Under the pieces are notes generated by a model, which saw only the letters and a list, made by a program, of their open reading frames with translations, was not told the DNA's origin and made no database searches. The position numbers were made by a program, and so were the translations under genes. A stretch of DNA of 32,000 bases from Acaryochloris marina MBIC11017 (lineage in GTDB: Bacteria > Cyanobacteriota > Cyanobacteriia > Thermosynechococcales > Thermosynechococcaceae): assembly GCF_000018105.1 (NCBI RefSeq), contig NC_009925.1, forward strand, positions 4,650,001-4,682,000. Direction: 5' to 3'. How positions within the stretch are numbered: the first letter of the stretch is position 1; every line of letters begins with the position of its first letter. This document shows positions 9,399 to 20,653 of this stretch, piece after piece.

Positions 9399-10286
9399 AT
9401 GACCATCACCTCTGCTAACACCAACTCAGTCGCTAACCCAGGTGTTCAAGCCGATTTATTAACGACCCCTGGGATTGTTTCTGGGGAATTCTTGCAAGAG
9501 ACGGTCGCCCTAACCCGCCGTCTATTTATTCAACTGAAGCGACGCCCTACCACCTTAATTGCTGGTATTATTCAGCCTTTGATGTGGTTGGTTTTGTTTG
9601 GTGCGCTCTTTAAAAATGTACCGGAAGGCCTATTTGGCACCAGCCAAAGCTATGGCCAGTTCCTCAGTGCAGGCGTCATTGTGTTTACGGCTTTTAGTGG
9701 GGCCTTAAATGCAGGACTCCCGGTGATGTTTGACCGGGAATTTGGTTTTTTGAACCGGCTGCTGGTGGCTCCCTTGGCTTCCCGCTTTTCAATTGTGATG
9801 GCATCGGCGATTTTTATCACAACCTTGAGCTTGATCCAAACTCTAGCCATTATGGTTCTGAGCTTCTTTATGGGAGCGGGGTTGCCCAATACGGTGGGTT
9901 TGGCCATTGTTGCTCTCATTGTTTTACTGCTTGTTTTAGGGGTGACAGCCCTTAGCTTGGGACTTTCCTTTGCCTTGCCGGGTCATATTGAGCTAATTGC
10001 CGTTATTTTTGTCACAAATTTGCCCCTATTGTTCGCTAGCACCGCTTTAGTCCCCTTGGCCTTTATGCCAACTTGGCTACAGGTGATTGCTAGCTTAAAT
10101 CCCCTAAGCTTTGCCATTGAGCCGATTCGGTACCTTTACCTCCATAACGACTGGAGCTTCACTGGCGTGGTTATGGAAGCACCTTGGGGATCGGTCAGCT
10201 TGGCGGGTTCCTTATTGCTGCTATTCGGATTTGATGCCCTAGCACTTTTGAGTATTCAGAAGCTGCTCTACCGCCGCCTCGGCTAA
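9399..10286 (+). CDS. ABC-2 type transporter permease
   Basis: 295 aa with about 6 TM segments and an N-terminal cytoplasmic RRLFIQLKRRP motif typical of ABC-2 permeases. It starts 82 nt after the ATPase gene. Confidence 0.8.
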   Translation: MTITSANTNSVANPGVQADLLTTPGIVSGEFLQETVALTRRLFIQLKRRPTTLIAGIIQPLMWLVLFGALFKNVPEGLFGTSQSYGQFLSAGVIVFTAFSGALNAGLPVMFDREFGFLNRLLVAPLASRFSIVMASAIFITTLSLIQTLAIMVLSFFMGAGLPNTVGLAIVALIVLLLVLGVTALSLGLSFALPGHIELIAVIFVTNLPLLFASTALVPLAFMPTWLQVIASLNPLSFAIEPIRYLYLHNDWSFTGVVMEAPWGSVSLAGSLLLLFGFDALALLSIQKLLYRRLG

Positions 10287-10288
10287 TC

Positions 10289-10621
10289 TCACTTGATTCT
10301 TTGTTGGAGCTGGTATTGAGGACGCAAAGAATCCCAATTTTCCAGCTCTTTTTCATTGAGCTTCGTGTTGTCATCAACTTGGAGAATTTTTTCTGGCCGC
10401 TGACTTTGTCGCTGTTCTAGCTGCTTGATTTCGTGTTCCAGATGTTGGCGACCGGCCTTAAAAAAATCTTCTGCGGCATTTTGGGTGGCGAAAAAGCCTG
10501 GAGAAACCGTTGGCACAGCCCGTACCGGTATCGCAGTCAGACCAAGGGTTAAGCCCAGTACAACCGTTGGTATGGCGATCTTGCAAGGTTGCCTTTGATG
10601 TTTAAAGTTTAGGTCTACCAT
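10289..10621 (-). CDS. Small exported protein of unknown function (signal peptide plus a Gln/Glu-rich, probably helical, C-terminal part)
   Basis: 110 aa. The N-terminus KIAIPTVVLGLTLGLTAIPVRA looks like a signal peptide, followed by AEDFFKAGRQHLEHEIKQLEQRQSQRPEK... It starts 108 nt downstream of the ATP-grasp gene on the same strand. I recognised no family. Confidence 0.5.
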   Translation of the reverse strand: MVDLNFKHQRQPCKIAIPTVVLGLTLGLTAIPVRAVPTVSPGFFATQNAAEDFFKAGRQHLEHEIKQLEQRQSQRPEKILQVDDNTKLNEKELENWDSLRPQYQLQQRIK

Positions 10622-10729
10622 TGGCCTGCCTCTAATACCCTTACCCCTAATCTAGCCTGATCTCCCAGGAGACTGCCGGGGCTGTGAGGCGAGGATTCCC
10701 GAAGCAGTTGTTGGTTGGAACAGTGCCTG

Positions 10730-12319
10730 TCAACTGCCGATGCTCCAGCCAATTGGCAGCGTTGGTTCTGTTTCTGGAGTCTGCACCATGGGCTTTGGTC
10801 GGGTCTCCTGGTTCAGAATCTCAATCACCTGGTTGTAAATCGTATCAGCCTGTTCGGGTGAATTGGCGATGCTGGTCAAACCTACTTTGCCAAACTCTGA
10901 TAAACAACCCATCAGATGAAAGACGGTCCCCATCTCACTTCCCGTCTCAAAATGGAGATGGTGGCGGGCGATAATATCCATCAAATCGTCGGGTAATAAT
11001 CCCTGATAGGAGGATTCACACAAATTATCGGAGGCCACATAGTACTTCGGCAATCCTTGCTGACCAAAGAACAGGCCACTATGCATGTCATAAAAGCCGT
11101 TAGTTAGCAGTTTCAGGGTCATAAAGGGGTGGGTCGTGCCTCCTTTCCTCAGGTTGATTTCAATGGCTTGGACATCCCAATGGATACTGCCATCTGCCAA
11201 AAGGCGCTTAGAAACGACAAAATCTACTCCATATCGCTCTAGTACCCCTTTCTTAGCCAGATTCTGGCCGACTTTGAGGCCCAGCTGCTGAAGCTGGAGG
11301 CGATATTCTTCTGATGCTGGAAACCGACAACCTAAATAAATTTGTTGATTAGGCCCCCCTAAAATCTGATCATGGGTTGAGAGTATTTCGACCTCGCCAT
11401 TGGGGGTAATTTGGCCCTGAACACTGGGAGAGGTCTTATACTCCCCTTCGATAAACGCTTCGACGATCGCACCGAGTTCAGGGATGCGATCGCAAAAATG
11501 AGACCAAGTCTCGGTAGGAGATTCAAAGGTGAGGTGGGGGATGCGATCGCAAATCACGTTTCGTCTTTTTTCGAGGGTATCAATATCCCCTACATTCCTT
11601 AGATCCAGCAGCGCATTTCCTTCTCCAGAGAAGCCTTCATTGAGCTTAATGACCATCCGTTGAAGCTGGGGCTGACGCTGCCAGAGGGCAACTGCTGCCT
11701 CTATTAGGGTTTCCGTATCCCACACCAACAGACTGCCATCGGGATGAGGAATACCACATTCTGCAAAGACCTGCCGACTCCCACTCTTCGTTCCTAAATG
11801 CAGGAGCGTTGGATCAGCGGCCAATAAAGGAATATTGAGTTTGACCGAAATTTCCCGTTCCAGATCGGTTGAGTTAAAGCAGATCATGTAGGAGCAGCCC
11901 GGCCGCATTGAATGGCGAATCCGCTCCATTAACCGGGGCCGTTCTAAAATTTTCTGACTCAGGGGCTTGAGAGACTGATCATAAATAGGCAGCAGCAACA
12001 GGCGATCGCGGGCATGGGAAAAGGGAATCCCCGGTAAAAGCTGTAGATAATAATCAATCACAATCGGTGGCAGCGGCTGTGAGGTTACATAAATTAAACG
12101 TGTTTTCGGATCACGGAGCCGGATCAGGGAAAACAACAGCCGTTCTTCATAGTGCAAAAAACCATCAATCTTTTGCAGTTCCTGCTGATCCACGCTAAAC
12201 GAGGGGATCACTAAAATATCGGAATGTCCCGTATCTACCGTTTCAATCTCTTGCCAGCGATCACACAACTGAGCTTGAAGCCGTTTAAAGGCCTGTTCAA
12301 CAGCCGCTAGATCTTGCAT
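10730..12319 (-). CDS. ATP-grasp fold ligase resembling the family annotated as PGM1-like peptide ligases
   Basis: About 530 aa. ATP-grasp signatures are MVIKLNEGFSGEGNALLDL (Lys strand plus Gly-rich loop), EAFIEGE and AIEINLRKGGTTHPF (E-x-N metal ligands followed by R-x-GG). The track start is the GTG at 12340 and the first ATG is at 12319. The family name is from memory, not from a search. Confidence 0.7.
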   Translation of the reverse strand: MQDLAAVEQAFKRLQAQLCDRWQEIETVDTGHSDILVIPSFSVDQQELQKIDGFLHYEERLLFSLIRLRDPKTRLIYVTSQPLPPIVIDYYLQLLPGIPFSHARDRLLLLPIYDQSLKPLSQKILERPRLMERIRHSMRPGCSYMICFNSTDLEREISVKLNIPLLAADPTLLHLGTKSGSRQVFAECGIPHPDGSLLVWDTETLIEAAVALWQRQPQLQRMVIKLNEGFSGEGNALLDLRNVGDIDTLEKRRNVICDRIPHLTFESPTETWSHFCDRIPELGAIVEAFIEGEYKTSPSVQGQITPNGEVEILSTHDQILGGPNQQIYLGCRFPASEEYRLQLQQLGLKVGQNLAKKGVLERYGVDFVVSKRLLADGSIHWDVQAIEINLRKGGTTHPFMTLKLLTNGFYDMHSGLFFGQQGLPKYYVASDNLCESSYQGLLPDDLMDIIARHHLHFETGSEMGTVFHLMGCLSEFGKVGLTSIANSPEQADTIYNQVIEILNQETRPKPMVQTPETEPTLPIGWSIGS

Positions 12320-12650
12320 CCTACATGCCTTTGCATTCACTACCTGACATCTTAGCTGCCTAACCGACTTAGAAAGTGACTGGCATCAGCTTATGACGGT
12401 GACACTGGCTTCGATATACATTTCATCCAACCATTTGTCTTCTGCCCCTATCCGTATATCCCCGGAAATCATGAAGAATCATAAATCCCGCCTATTGTCA
12501 GGAAATCAGTAGTTTCTCAGTGGTTGTTCTCGGTCTAGATCGGACAGATTATATATATACTCTGCGAAAAGAAATCGATACCTTAAAGTTACGAAGTGAA
12601 GCGTTTTCTCCTGCGGGTTTGTATTTACCTAGAACCAACCCCTAAAGACC

Positions 12651-12860
12651 GTGTCTAACCATCCTGATCAAACCATGCCTCCGTCCTTGAGCTATATGTT
12701 GTCTCAATTGTCCTACATGGAACAAGTGCGACTGATCATGACCCATCCATTTTTTACAGGTCAGTGTCCAGAGTGCAAAACAAACATTCACATCACTGAG
12801 CGGGCGATTGGCAATTGCCACTGCCCAGTTTGTAATTGGACTGATCGCCGCGATAGCTAA
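12651..12860 (+). CDS. Small zinc-ribbon protein (CPxC...CPxC), function unknown
   Basis: 69 aa from the GTG at 12651, or 61 aa from the ATG at 12675. Two knuckles, GQCPECKT and HCPVCNW, are spaced about 18 residues apart. A nearly co-extensive antisense ORF (12642..12866) has no recognisable features, so I prefer the plus frame. Confidence 0.45.
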   Translation: MSNHPDQTMPPSLSYMLSQLSYMEQVRLIMTHPFFTGQCPECKTNIHITERAIGNCHCPVCNWTDRRDS

Positions 12861-12896
12861 GGGCAAAGATCAGTCAACTGCAGCAAAAACTGCTGC

Positions 12897-13244
12897 CTAC
12901 AACACATGAAAAATGAACGGGTAGTTGTAGGGTTCATCTGGGTCTTGAAAACAATGGCGAATCGCCAAAATCGGCATCACCCACTGTCCGATAAACAATA
13001 AGAATAGGAGCGGCCACCCCAGGAGCACCCAACATAAAATGCCGAATACGATGCCATAGAACCAAACATTGACATGAAAGTTGATGGATTCTCTAGCATT
13101 TTCTTTAATCACTGGATCATCCGATACGAGCAAGATGACCAACGGAATGCCGATGGATAACACCAAGGCACTCAGAAAAATCGAACCATGACTCAAAGAT
13201 GACAGGAGTTTGCGTTTATCTGGATCATAGATATTGGCAACCAT
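12897..13244 (-). CDS. Small integral membrane protein, DUF4870-like
   Basis: 115 aa with 3 predicted TM helices. The pattern SHGSIFLSALV...ESINFHVNVWFYGIVFGIL... resembles the DUF4870 family as I recall it. Confidence 0.6.
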   Translation of the reverse strand: MVANIYDPDKRKLLSSLSHGSIFLSALVLSIGIPLVILLVSDDPVIKENARESINFHVNVWFYGIVFGILCWVLLGWPLLFLLFIGQWVMPILAIRHCFQDPDEPYNYPFIFHVL

Positions 13245-13389
13245 GAACTAGCCTCTTTTCAAGCAACGGTGTTCAAGCCCTGTGGGTCTCAAACTGATTA
13301 GATCTTACTCAATCTTTCCAGGAAAGCGAACCCCAGAAACCCGATCCGAGCTATCTTTCCTTTCCCGTTCTTCTCCAATTTAAATGATC

Positions 13390-13420
13390 AAAAAAACTCC
13401 AGTTCATTGAGAACTGGAGT
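13390..13420 (-). terminator. Rho-independent terminator of petH
   Basis: On the minus strand: ACTCCAGTTC-tcaat-GAACTGGAGT, a perfect 10-bp stem with a 5-nt loop, followed by TTTTTT(T). It lies 50 nt after the petH stop. Confidence 0.8.
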
Positions 13421-13470
13421 GCTTCAGAGAGTTAAATTTTCAAGAATGAGGCTCGTCAAAGAATGGTGGC

Positions 13471-14784
<1,314 letters not shown>

Positions 14785-15227
14785 TCACTCATCATTCAAC
14801 TGGGGTATTGGCTGCTTTTGCGATAAACCAATGCACCACTTTGGTGACGCCATCACCTAAAATAAATCTTAAGCGGTGCATGTATATCGTACACCGCAAA
14901 AGCTTCAAAACCTTGTATTGAAAGGCAGTAGTTGCGCAAAAGCGTAACATTTCTTTTGCTGCTCTGAAATCGTCTTACCGCAGCTTGCTCATGGCTAGTT
15001 AGCCTTGCGCTCGCCATATTTACTTAGGCTTTTAGCACTTTCTTTCCGGCTAAGCCTCCAATATCTTGGCTCACAAGTTGTTGGACCTCAACCGTCACGC
15101 TCTTTGCAACTAAAGGGAGAATCTATTGATGGGGCCACGGTCTCCTTCCTTGTTGAAATGCTAGATTGAACGTTGCTGAAACTGATGATTATACGCTCAG
15201 TTCATTTCAACTGTTGTGGGGAAATCA

Positions 15228-16175
15228 ATGCATAAATTTCATGGCGTCATCCGAAAAAATGTATCCCGGATTGCGGTCGTTATCCTATTGACTTTGGTCA
15301 GCGCTTGCGGTGATAAACCAACCCGCCCTTCTCCTGCCCCATCCCCCCAGTCTTCTCAAGCTCCTCAGCCCCAACAAACCTTTCTCTGGCAAGTCAAATC
15401 ACCCCAGAATACGGTTTATCTCCTAGGGTCCATTCATTTGCTCAAAAAATCAGACTATCCGTTGGCAAAACAAATCAATGATGCCTATGAGGATGCCGAA
15501 AAATTGGTCTTTGAAGTCGATATGGGGGAACTCGAATCGAGTAAAACTCAATCCCTCGTCTTGGAGAAAGCGACGGCCCAAGACGGCAAAACTCTTAAGG
15601 ATCGACTAACGCCAGAAACCTATCAGTTGGCAAAAACCACCGCATCAGAAATTGGTTTACCCATTGAGGCCTTTTCTGGTTTCAAGCCTTGGTTCTTTTC
15701 CCTCACCTTGATCACCTTAAAACTACAGCGCTTAGAGTTCAATCCTGAACATGGTGTGGATCAGTATTTTTTCAAGAAAGCGACCAAAGATGGCAAAGAG
15801 ACCCTGGCATTAGAAACCATTGAGGATCAATTCAATCTGTTTGACAGTTTTTCCCAAGGCGATCAAGAGCAATATATTCGCCAAACAATTGATGAATTAG
15901 ACACCTTAGAAACATCATTTCAGGAGATGGTATCAGCCTGGAAATCCGGCGATGATCAAACTTTAAAGAATTTATTGCTGAAAAGTTTTAAAGACTATCC
16001 CGAGTTGGAAGACCAAATATTTGGGGCTCGCAATCGCAAATGGATGACCACCATTGAACCCCTTTTGCAAAAAGAGGATGACTATCTGATTGTGGTGGGT
16101 GCGGGCCATTTAGTTGGCAAGGATAGCGTTTTAGAACTTTTACAAGCTAAAGGCCATACGCTAAAGCGCCTCTAA
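15228..16175 (+). CDS. TraB/GumN family lipoprotein
   Basis: The signal peptide has a lipobox (AVVILLTLVSAC). TraB/GumN-like motifs are LWQVKSPQNTVYLLGSIHLL and IVVGAGHLVGKDSV. The track start is the GTG at 15216 and the first ATG is at 15228. Confidence 0.8.
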   Translation: MHKFHGVIRKNVSRIAVVILLTLVSACGDKPTRPSPAPSPQSSQAPQPQQTFLWQVKSPQNTVYLLGSIHLLKKSDYPLAKQINDAYEDAEKLVFEVDMGELESSKTQSLVLEKATAQDGKTLKDRLTPETYQLAKTTASEIGLPIEAFSGFKPWFFSLTLITLKLQRLEFNPEHGVDQYFFKKATKDGKETLALETIEDQFNLFDSFSQGDQEQYIRQTIDELDTLETSFQEMVSAWKSGDDQTLKNLLLKSFKDYPELEDQIFGARNRKWMTTIEPLLQKEDDYLIVVGAGHLVGKDSVLELLQAKGHTLKRL

Positions 16176-16277
16176 CAACAGCGCTAAAATAACGGGTTTT
16201 TAAAAGCCCATGCCATCCATATTCTTGATACATTGGACTAGGAAAGCTAAACAGGTTTTCCCAAATACGATGGGCAT

Positions 16278-16988
16278 TTGAGGTGCAGTGTGACCCTAAC
16301 GGTGGCAGATATTGATATCACTCGTTATATCGATCACACCCTTCTCGATCCCTTGGCATCAGAGGATGAGATCGCAACCCTCTGCGACCAAGCAATCCGA
16401 TTTGAATTTCCGGCGGTTTGTATTTACCCCACCCATATCAAAACTGCCGTTAACCGTCTCCACCAATATTCCCCCAAAGTTTGTACTGTAATCGGCTTCC
16501 CCAGTGGGGCCACCACGTCTGCCGTCAAACTCTATGAAGCTCAAGATGCTGTCGATCAAGGGGCAACAGAGCTAGATGTGGTGATTAATATCGGCTGGTT
16601 GAAGGCAGGAAAAGTCGATGCCGTTCACCAAGAACTCGCCAATATCTGTGCAACCACAGGCCAAACCGTTAAAGCAATTTTAGAAACGACCCTCCTCACA
16701 GATGCCGAAAAACGGTTAGGGGCAGAAGTGAGCCTGGATGCAGGGGTCGCCTTTCTCAAAACAAGTACGGGATGGCACGGCGGAGCCACCCCTGCTGATA
16801 TAAAATTATTATCAAAGGTCGCACGCGATCGTGTGGGCGTTAAAGCCTCGGGTGGGATTCGGACCCTCGAGCAGGCCTTAGCACTTATCGCGGCAGGAGC
16901 CAACCGCTTGGGAACCTCCCGAGGGGTTGATCTTGTACGGATGGCTACAGCTGAGATTGAATCGCCTGAGCCATCAGGCCCTGGATAG
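16278..16988 (+). CDS. deoC: Deoxyribose-phosphate aldolase
   Basis: 236 aa with [16 protein letters not shown], the Schiff-base region FLKTSTG and KASGGIRT. The track start at 16278 is a TTG, with an alternative GTG at 16290. Confidence 0.9.
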   Translation: MRCSVTLTVADIDITRYIDHTLLDPLASEDEIATLCDQAIRFEFPAVCIYPTHIKTAVNRLHQYSPKVCTVIGFPSGATTSAVKLYEAQDAVDQGATELDVVINIGWLKAGKVDAVHQELANICATTGQTVKAILETTLLTDAEKRLGAEVSLDAGVAFLKTSTGWHGGATPADIKLLSKVARDRVGVKASGGIRTLEQALALIAAGANRLGTSRGVDLVRMATAEIESPEPSGPG

Positions 16989-17093
16989 TTCCGTTCTCGA
17001 AATATCCACCTCAAGATGTTTGGATCAAGGCAAGCGGGTGTCCACGCTATCCTGCTTCCCCCAACTCGGTTTTCTCGATCCAGGTAGACCCCA

Positions 17094-17975
17094 ATGAGTC
17101 GAACCTACAAAGCGACAGGAATTAATCTCAAAAGTATGCCCTTCGGAGAGGCCGATCGCCTGCTGACGATCTTGACCCGCGAGCAGGGGCTGGTCAGAGC
17201 TGTTGCCCCTGGATGCCGGAAGCCAAAGTCCAAGTTAGGCGGCCGTAGTGCTCTGTTTGTGGTGAATGACTTGATGCTAGTACAGGGTCGGTCCCTGGAT
17301 AAAATTGCCCAGGCCGAAACCTTAGAATCCTATCCCGGTTTAAGTCAAAATTTAGCTAAGTTGACTACCAGTCAATACCTTGCAGAGCTGACCCTTTATC
17401 AAGCCCTAAGCGGCCAACCCCAGACAGAGCTGTGGGATTTATTTTGTCAACAGCTTACTCAACTTCAAAACGCGACCCTGGCCCAAGTCCCTTGTTGTTT
17501 AATCCACGGCACCTTGAAATTATTGGCCGGGGCGGGCATTGCTCCCCAGGTTCATGCCTGCTGCGTCACCCACCAGCCTTTGGACCCGCCCACCAGCAAC
17601 CCGACCTGGCGTGTGGGTTTCAGTGCGGGGGCAGGTGGTACTGTGACCCTCACAGGTCCCCCTCGACCACGCACCGCGATTCAGCAGGCAGCAGAACAAG
17701 CAATTGCCTATCCCCTGGGGGCAGATTATCGGGTGCAAGGCAAATTATCTGCCCAGGAACTCGCATTACTGCAAGATCTCAACCCTGCGGAGATTCAGCC
17801 TGCTTCCCCCTTACCATTGCCGTTAATCGCAACCTATCCGTTGGTGATCTGGCAAGGGGTGGAGTCTGCTCTACGTCACTATGCCGAAGCCTATTTTGAT
17901 CGCCCGATTCGATCCGCTGCCCTGATTGACACCTGTTTTACCCCCCTGCCCGACCTCACTTCCGTGCCTTCATGA
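17094..17975 (+). CDS. recO: DNA repair protein RecO
   Basis: 293 aa. The N-terminal OB-fold region YKATGINLKSMPFGEADRLLTILTREQGLVRAVAPGCRKPKSKLGG is typical of cyanobacterial RecO. Confidence 0.85.
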   Translation: MSRTYKATGINLKSMPFGEADRLLTILTREQGLVRAVAPGCRKPKSKLGGRSALFVVNDLMLVQGRSLDKIAQAETLESYPGLSQNLAKLTTSQYLAELTLYQALSGQPQTELWDLFCQQLTQLQNATLAQVPCCLIHGTLKLLAGAGIAPQVHACCVTHQPLDPPTSNPTWRVGFSAGAGGTVTLTGPPRPRTAIQQAAEQAIAYPLGADYRVQGKLSAQELALLQDLNPAEIQPASPLPLPLIATYPLVIWQGVESALRHYAEAYFDRPIRSAALIDTCFTPLPDLTSVPS

Positions 17976-19456
17976 CCCAAGTACATGATCCCAAACGCAA
18001 TCTGACCTCCTCTCCCCGTTCGACGGGTAAACCCAGTTCATCCAATACTGCGGGTCCATCTTCATCCGCAAAATCTCCAGTCACCTCGGCAGCGCCTCCG
18101 TCTGAACCTGCCGTGGCTCCAGTCCTTGAAGAACCGGTAGAACAAGGCTATTGGCCTGTCCTCCGCAATCAGAATTTTATGCTGATGTGGTTGGGGCAAG
18201 TCTTCTCCCAAATGGCCGACAAGGTGTATTTGGTGCTGATTATTGCCCTAATCACCAGTCAATTTAAGGCTCCAGATCAATCTGTCAGCGTCTGGGTGTC
18301 ATCGATCATGATTGCCTTCACTATTCCGGCGGTGCTATTTGGCTCAATTGCCGGGGTCTATGTGGATCGGTGGTCCAAGAAGTGGGTTTTAGTCCTCACC
18401 AATGGCCTTCGTGGGGCCTTGGTACTGAGCCTTCCACCTTTGTTGTGGCTCTGTGGTCAACAACCCGGCTGGTTTCAGATTCCGTTAGGATTTTGGGTGT
18501 TACTCGGGGTGACGTTCCTCGTTTCGACCCTCACTCAGTTCTTTGCCCCTGCTGAGCAGTCTACGATTCCCTTAATTGTAGAGAAGCCTCACCTGTTAAG
18601 CGCCAACTCCCTTTATACCCTGACCATGCTGCTGGCGCTGATTGGCGGGTTTGCGGCGGGAGAACCGCTCCTGGAGATTGTCGGGGGCTATTTCTCCCAG
18701 CTAGGGTGGGATGCAGGACGGGAGTTGGTTGTTGGAGGCAGCTATGCGATCGCAGGTCTGCTACTGCTTTTTCTGAGAACGGGAGAAACCGCAGCCAATC
18801 GCTCCACGGGCGATAGCCATGTCTGGGCAGATATCAAAGAAGGTCTGCAATATCTTAACGAGCATCGACGGGTGCGCACGGCCCTCATTCAGCTGGTTAT
18901 TTTATTCTCTGTATTTGCTGCCCTCGCCGTTTTAGTGGTGCGGTTAGCCGAGGTCCTGCCGGGAATTAAAACCTCCCAGTTTGGGTTTTTGCTGGCGACT
19001 GGCGGGATTGGCATGGCGATTAGCGCTACCATCCTGGGCTCCATTGGTCAGAACCTACCCCGACATCGCCTCAGTTTTTACGGGTCTATGGGTATGGCGG
19101 TCATGTTAGGTGGCTTAGCCTTTAGTACGCAATCCCTCTGGATTTCTTTAGGGCTCATGGTAGGCTTAGGGGCCGCCGCTGCTTTGATTGGCGTTCCCAT
19201 GCAAACGACCATTCAAGAGAAAACCCCAGAAGAGATGCGGGGTAAGGTTTTTGGCCTGCAAAACAATGCCAGCAATATCGCCTTAAGTCTGCCCCTAGCC
19301 CTGGCTGGATTGGCGGAAACCTTCTTCGGATTACAGACGGTTTTACTAGGGCTTGCTGGGATTGTTGTGATCGGGGGGCTCTTATCCTGGTATATTGCCG
19401 ATACCAGCTCATCTGTATCAGATGATGCAAACCCCTCACGACTGTCGTCTCCCTAG
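17972..19456 (+). CDS. MFS transporter with a Ser/Pro-rich N-terminal extension
   Basis: 494 aa with about 12 TM segments and the MFS loop motif GVYVDRWSKK. The start overlaps the recO stop (ATGA at 17972-17975). Confidence 0.8.
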   Translation: MTQVHDPKRNLTSSPRSTGKPSSSNTAGPSSSAKSPVTSAAPPSEPAVAPVLEEPVEQGYWPVLRNQNFMLMWLGQVFSQMADKVYLVLIIALITSQFKAPDQSVSVWVSSIMIAFTIPAVLFGSIAGVYVDRWSKKWVLVLTNGLRGALVLSLPPLLWLCGQQPGWFQIPLGFWVLLGVTFLVSTLTQFFAPAEQSTIPLIVEKPHLLSANSLYTLTMLLALIGGFAAGEPLLEIVGGYFSQLGWDAGRELVVGGSYAIAGLLLLFLRTGETAANRSTGDSHVWADIKEGLQYLNEHRRVRTALIQLVILFSVFAALAVLVVRLAEVLPGIKTSQFGFLLATGGIGMAISATILGSIGQNLPRHRLSFYGSMGMAVMLGGLAFSTQSLWISLGLMVGLGAAAALIGVPMQTTIQEKTPEEMRGKVFGLQNNASNIALSLPLALAGLAETFFGLQTVLLGLAGIVVIGGLLSWYIADTSSSVSDDANPSRLSSP

Positions 19457-19461
19457 TCCAT

Positions 19462-20643
19462 ATGCACATCGCTTGGATTGGCAAAAAATCCCCGCCCTGT
19501 GGCAATGTCACCTACAGCCGCGAAATTACGAATGCCCTGCTAGATCGTGGCTATCAGGTCAGCTTTCTGCATTTTGCCCAAGATGCTTTTGATGAAGAAA
19601 TCGGTAAGCCGTTGCCCATTCACGAGCCACCGGTTCCTCAGGAATGCCAAGAAGTTCCGCTCCCCTTCCTGTACAAATCCCAGGTCTATACGATACCGAC
19701 CCTGAAATCAAGCAAGGTCTTAGCCGAGTCTTTGCGGAATCTGAAGCCTGATCTGGTCCATGCGTCTCTCACCCTCTCGCCCTTGGATTTTGTCCTGCCG
19801 GAAATTTGTCAGGAATTACAGGTCCCCCTCGTGGCGACCTTCCACCCGCCCTTTAGCCATAAACATCGCAATTTATCCTCTGGTACCCAACACTTCATGT
19901 ACCAGCTTTATGCCCCTTCCCTGGCGAATTATGACGCGGTGATCATCTTTTCCCAGGCCCAGCGGGACTTGCTGATGCGCTTAGGGGTGCCTGAAGCCAA
20001 AATTGTGATTATCCCCAACGGAGTGGATACCGACAAGTATTCTCCAGGTCCTTCAACCTTCAAAGCAGAACTCCAGACCGAACGCATTTTCGTCTATCAA
20101 GGTCGAATTGCCATCGAGAAAAACGTCGAGTCCTTGCTGAAAGCTTGGAAGCAGGTTCAGAGGCAGATGCCCTTCCACTCCAAGCTGGTGATGGTGGGGG
20201 ATGGTCCACTGCTCAATGCCCATATGACCAATTACGGCCCTGAACAAAACGTGCTGTGGTTAGGGGCGATTTATGATGAGCATCGCCGGATTGAAATCTT
20301 GCGCGGGGCAGACGTTTTTATCCTGCCATCGTTTGTCGAAGGTTTATCCCTCTCCCTCCTGGAAGCCATGTCCTGCGGTGTGGCTTGCTTAGCCACCGAT
20401 GCCGGGGCCGATGGCGAAGTGCTGGCGGGTGGTGCGGGCATTGTCCTCAATCCTCAACGGACCAGAGGCGAACTCCGGACCTTATTACCCGTTCTCGCGG
20501 AGCACCCTGAGATGGTGAAACTCTTGGGCCAAAAAGGTCGCCAGCGCGTGCTGGAACGATATTGCCTAGATCGAAACCTGGATCAATTGGAAAAGTTCTA
20601 CGCTCAGATATTCCAGCAAACCAAGGTCGAAGTTTACCGCTAA
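19462..20643 (+). CDS. Glycosyltransferase, GT4 (GT-B fold) family
   Basis: 393 aa. The C-terminal half has the GT4 signature ...GRIAIEKNV...ILPSFVEGLSLSLLEAMSCGVACLATDAGA... It starts 5 nt after the MFS gene. Confidence 0.85.
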   Translation: MHIAWIGKKSPPCGNVTYSREITNALLDRGYQVSFLHFAQDAFDEEIGKPLPIHEPPVPQECQEVPLPFLYKSQVYTIPTLKSSKVLAESLRNLKPDLVHASLTLSPLDFVLPEICQELQVPLVATFHPPFSHKHRNLSSGTQHFMYQLYAPSLANYDAVIIFSQAQRDLLMRLGVPEAKIVIIPNGVDTDKYSPGPSTFKAELQTERIFVYQGRIAIEKNVESLLKAWKQVQRQMPFHSKLVMVGDGPLLNAHMTNYGPEQNVLWLGAIYDEHRRIEILRGADVFILPSFVEGLSLSLLEAMSCGVACLATDAGADGEVLAGGAGIVLNPQRTRGELRTLLPVLAEHPEMVKLLGQKGRQRVLERYCLDRNLDQLEKFYAQIFQQTKVEVYR

Positions 20644-20653
20644 TCGGACGGGG

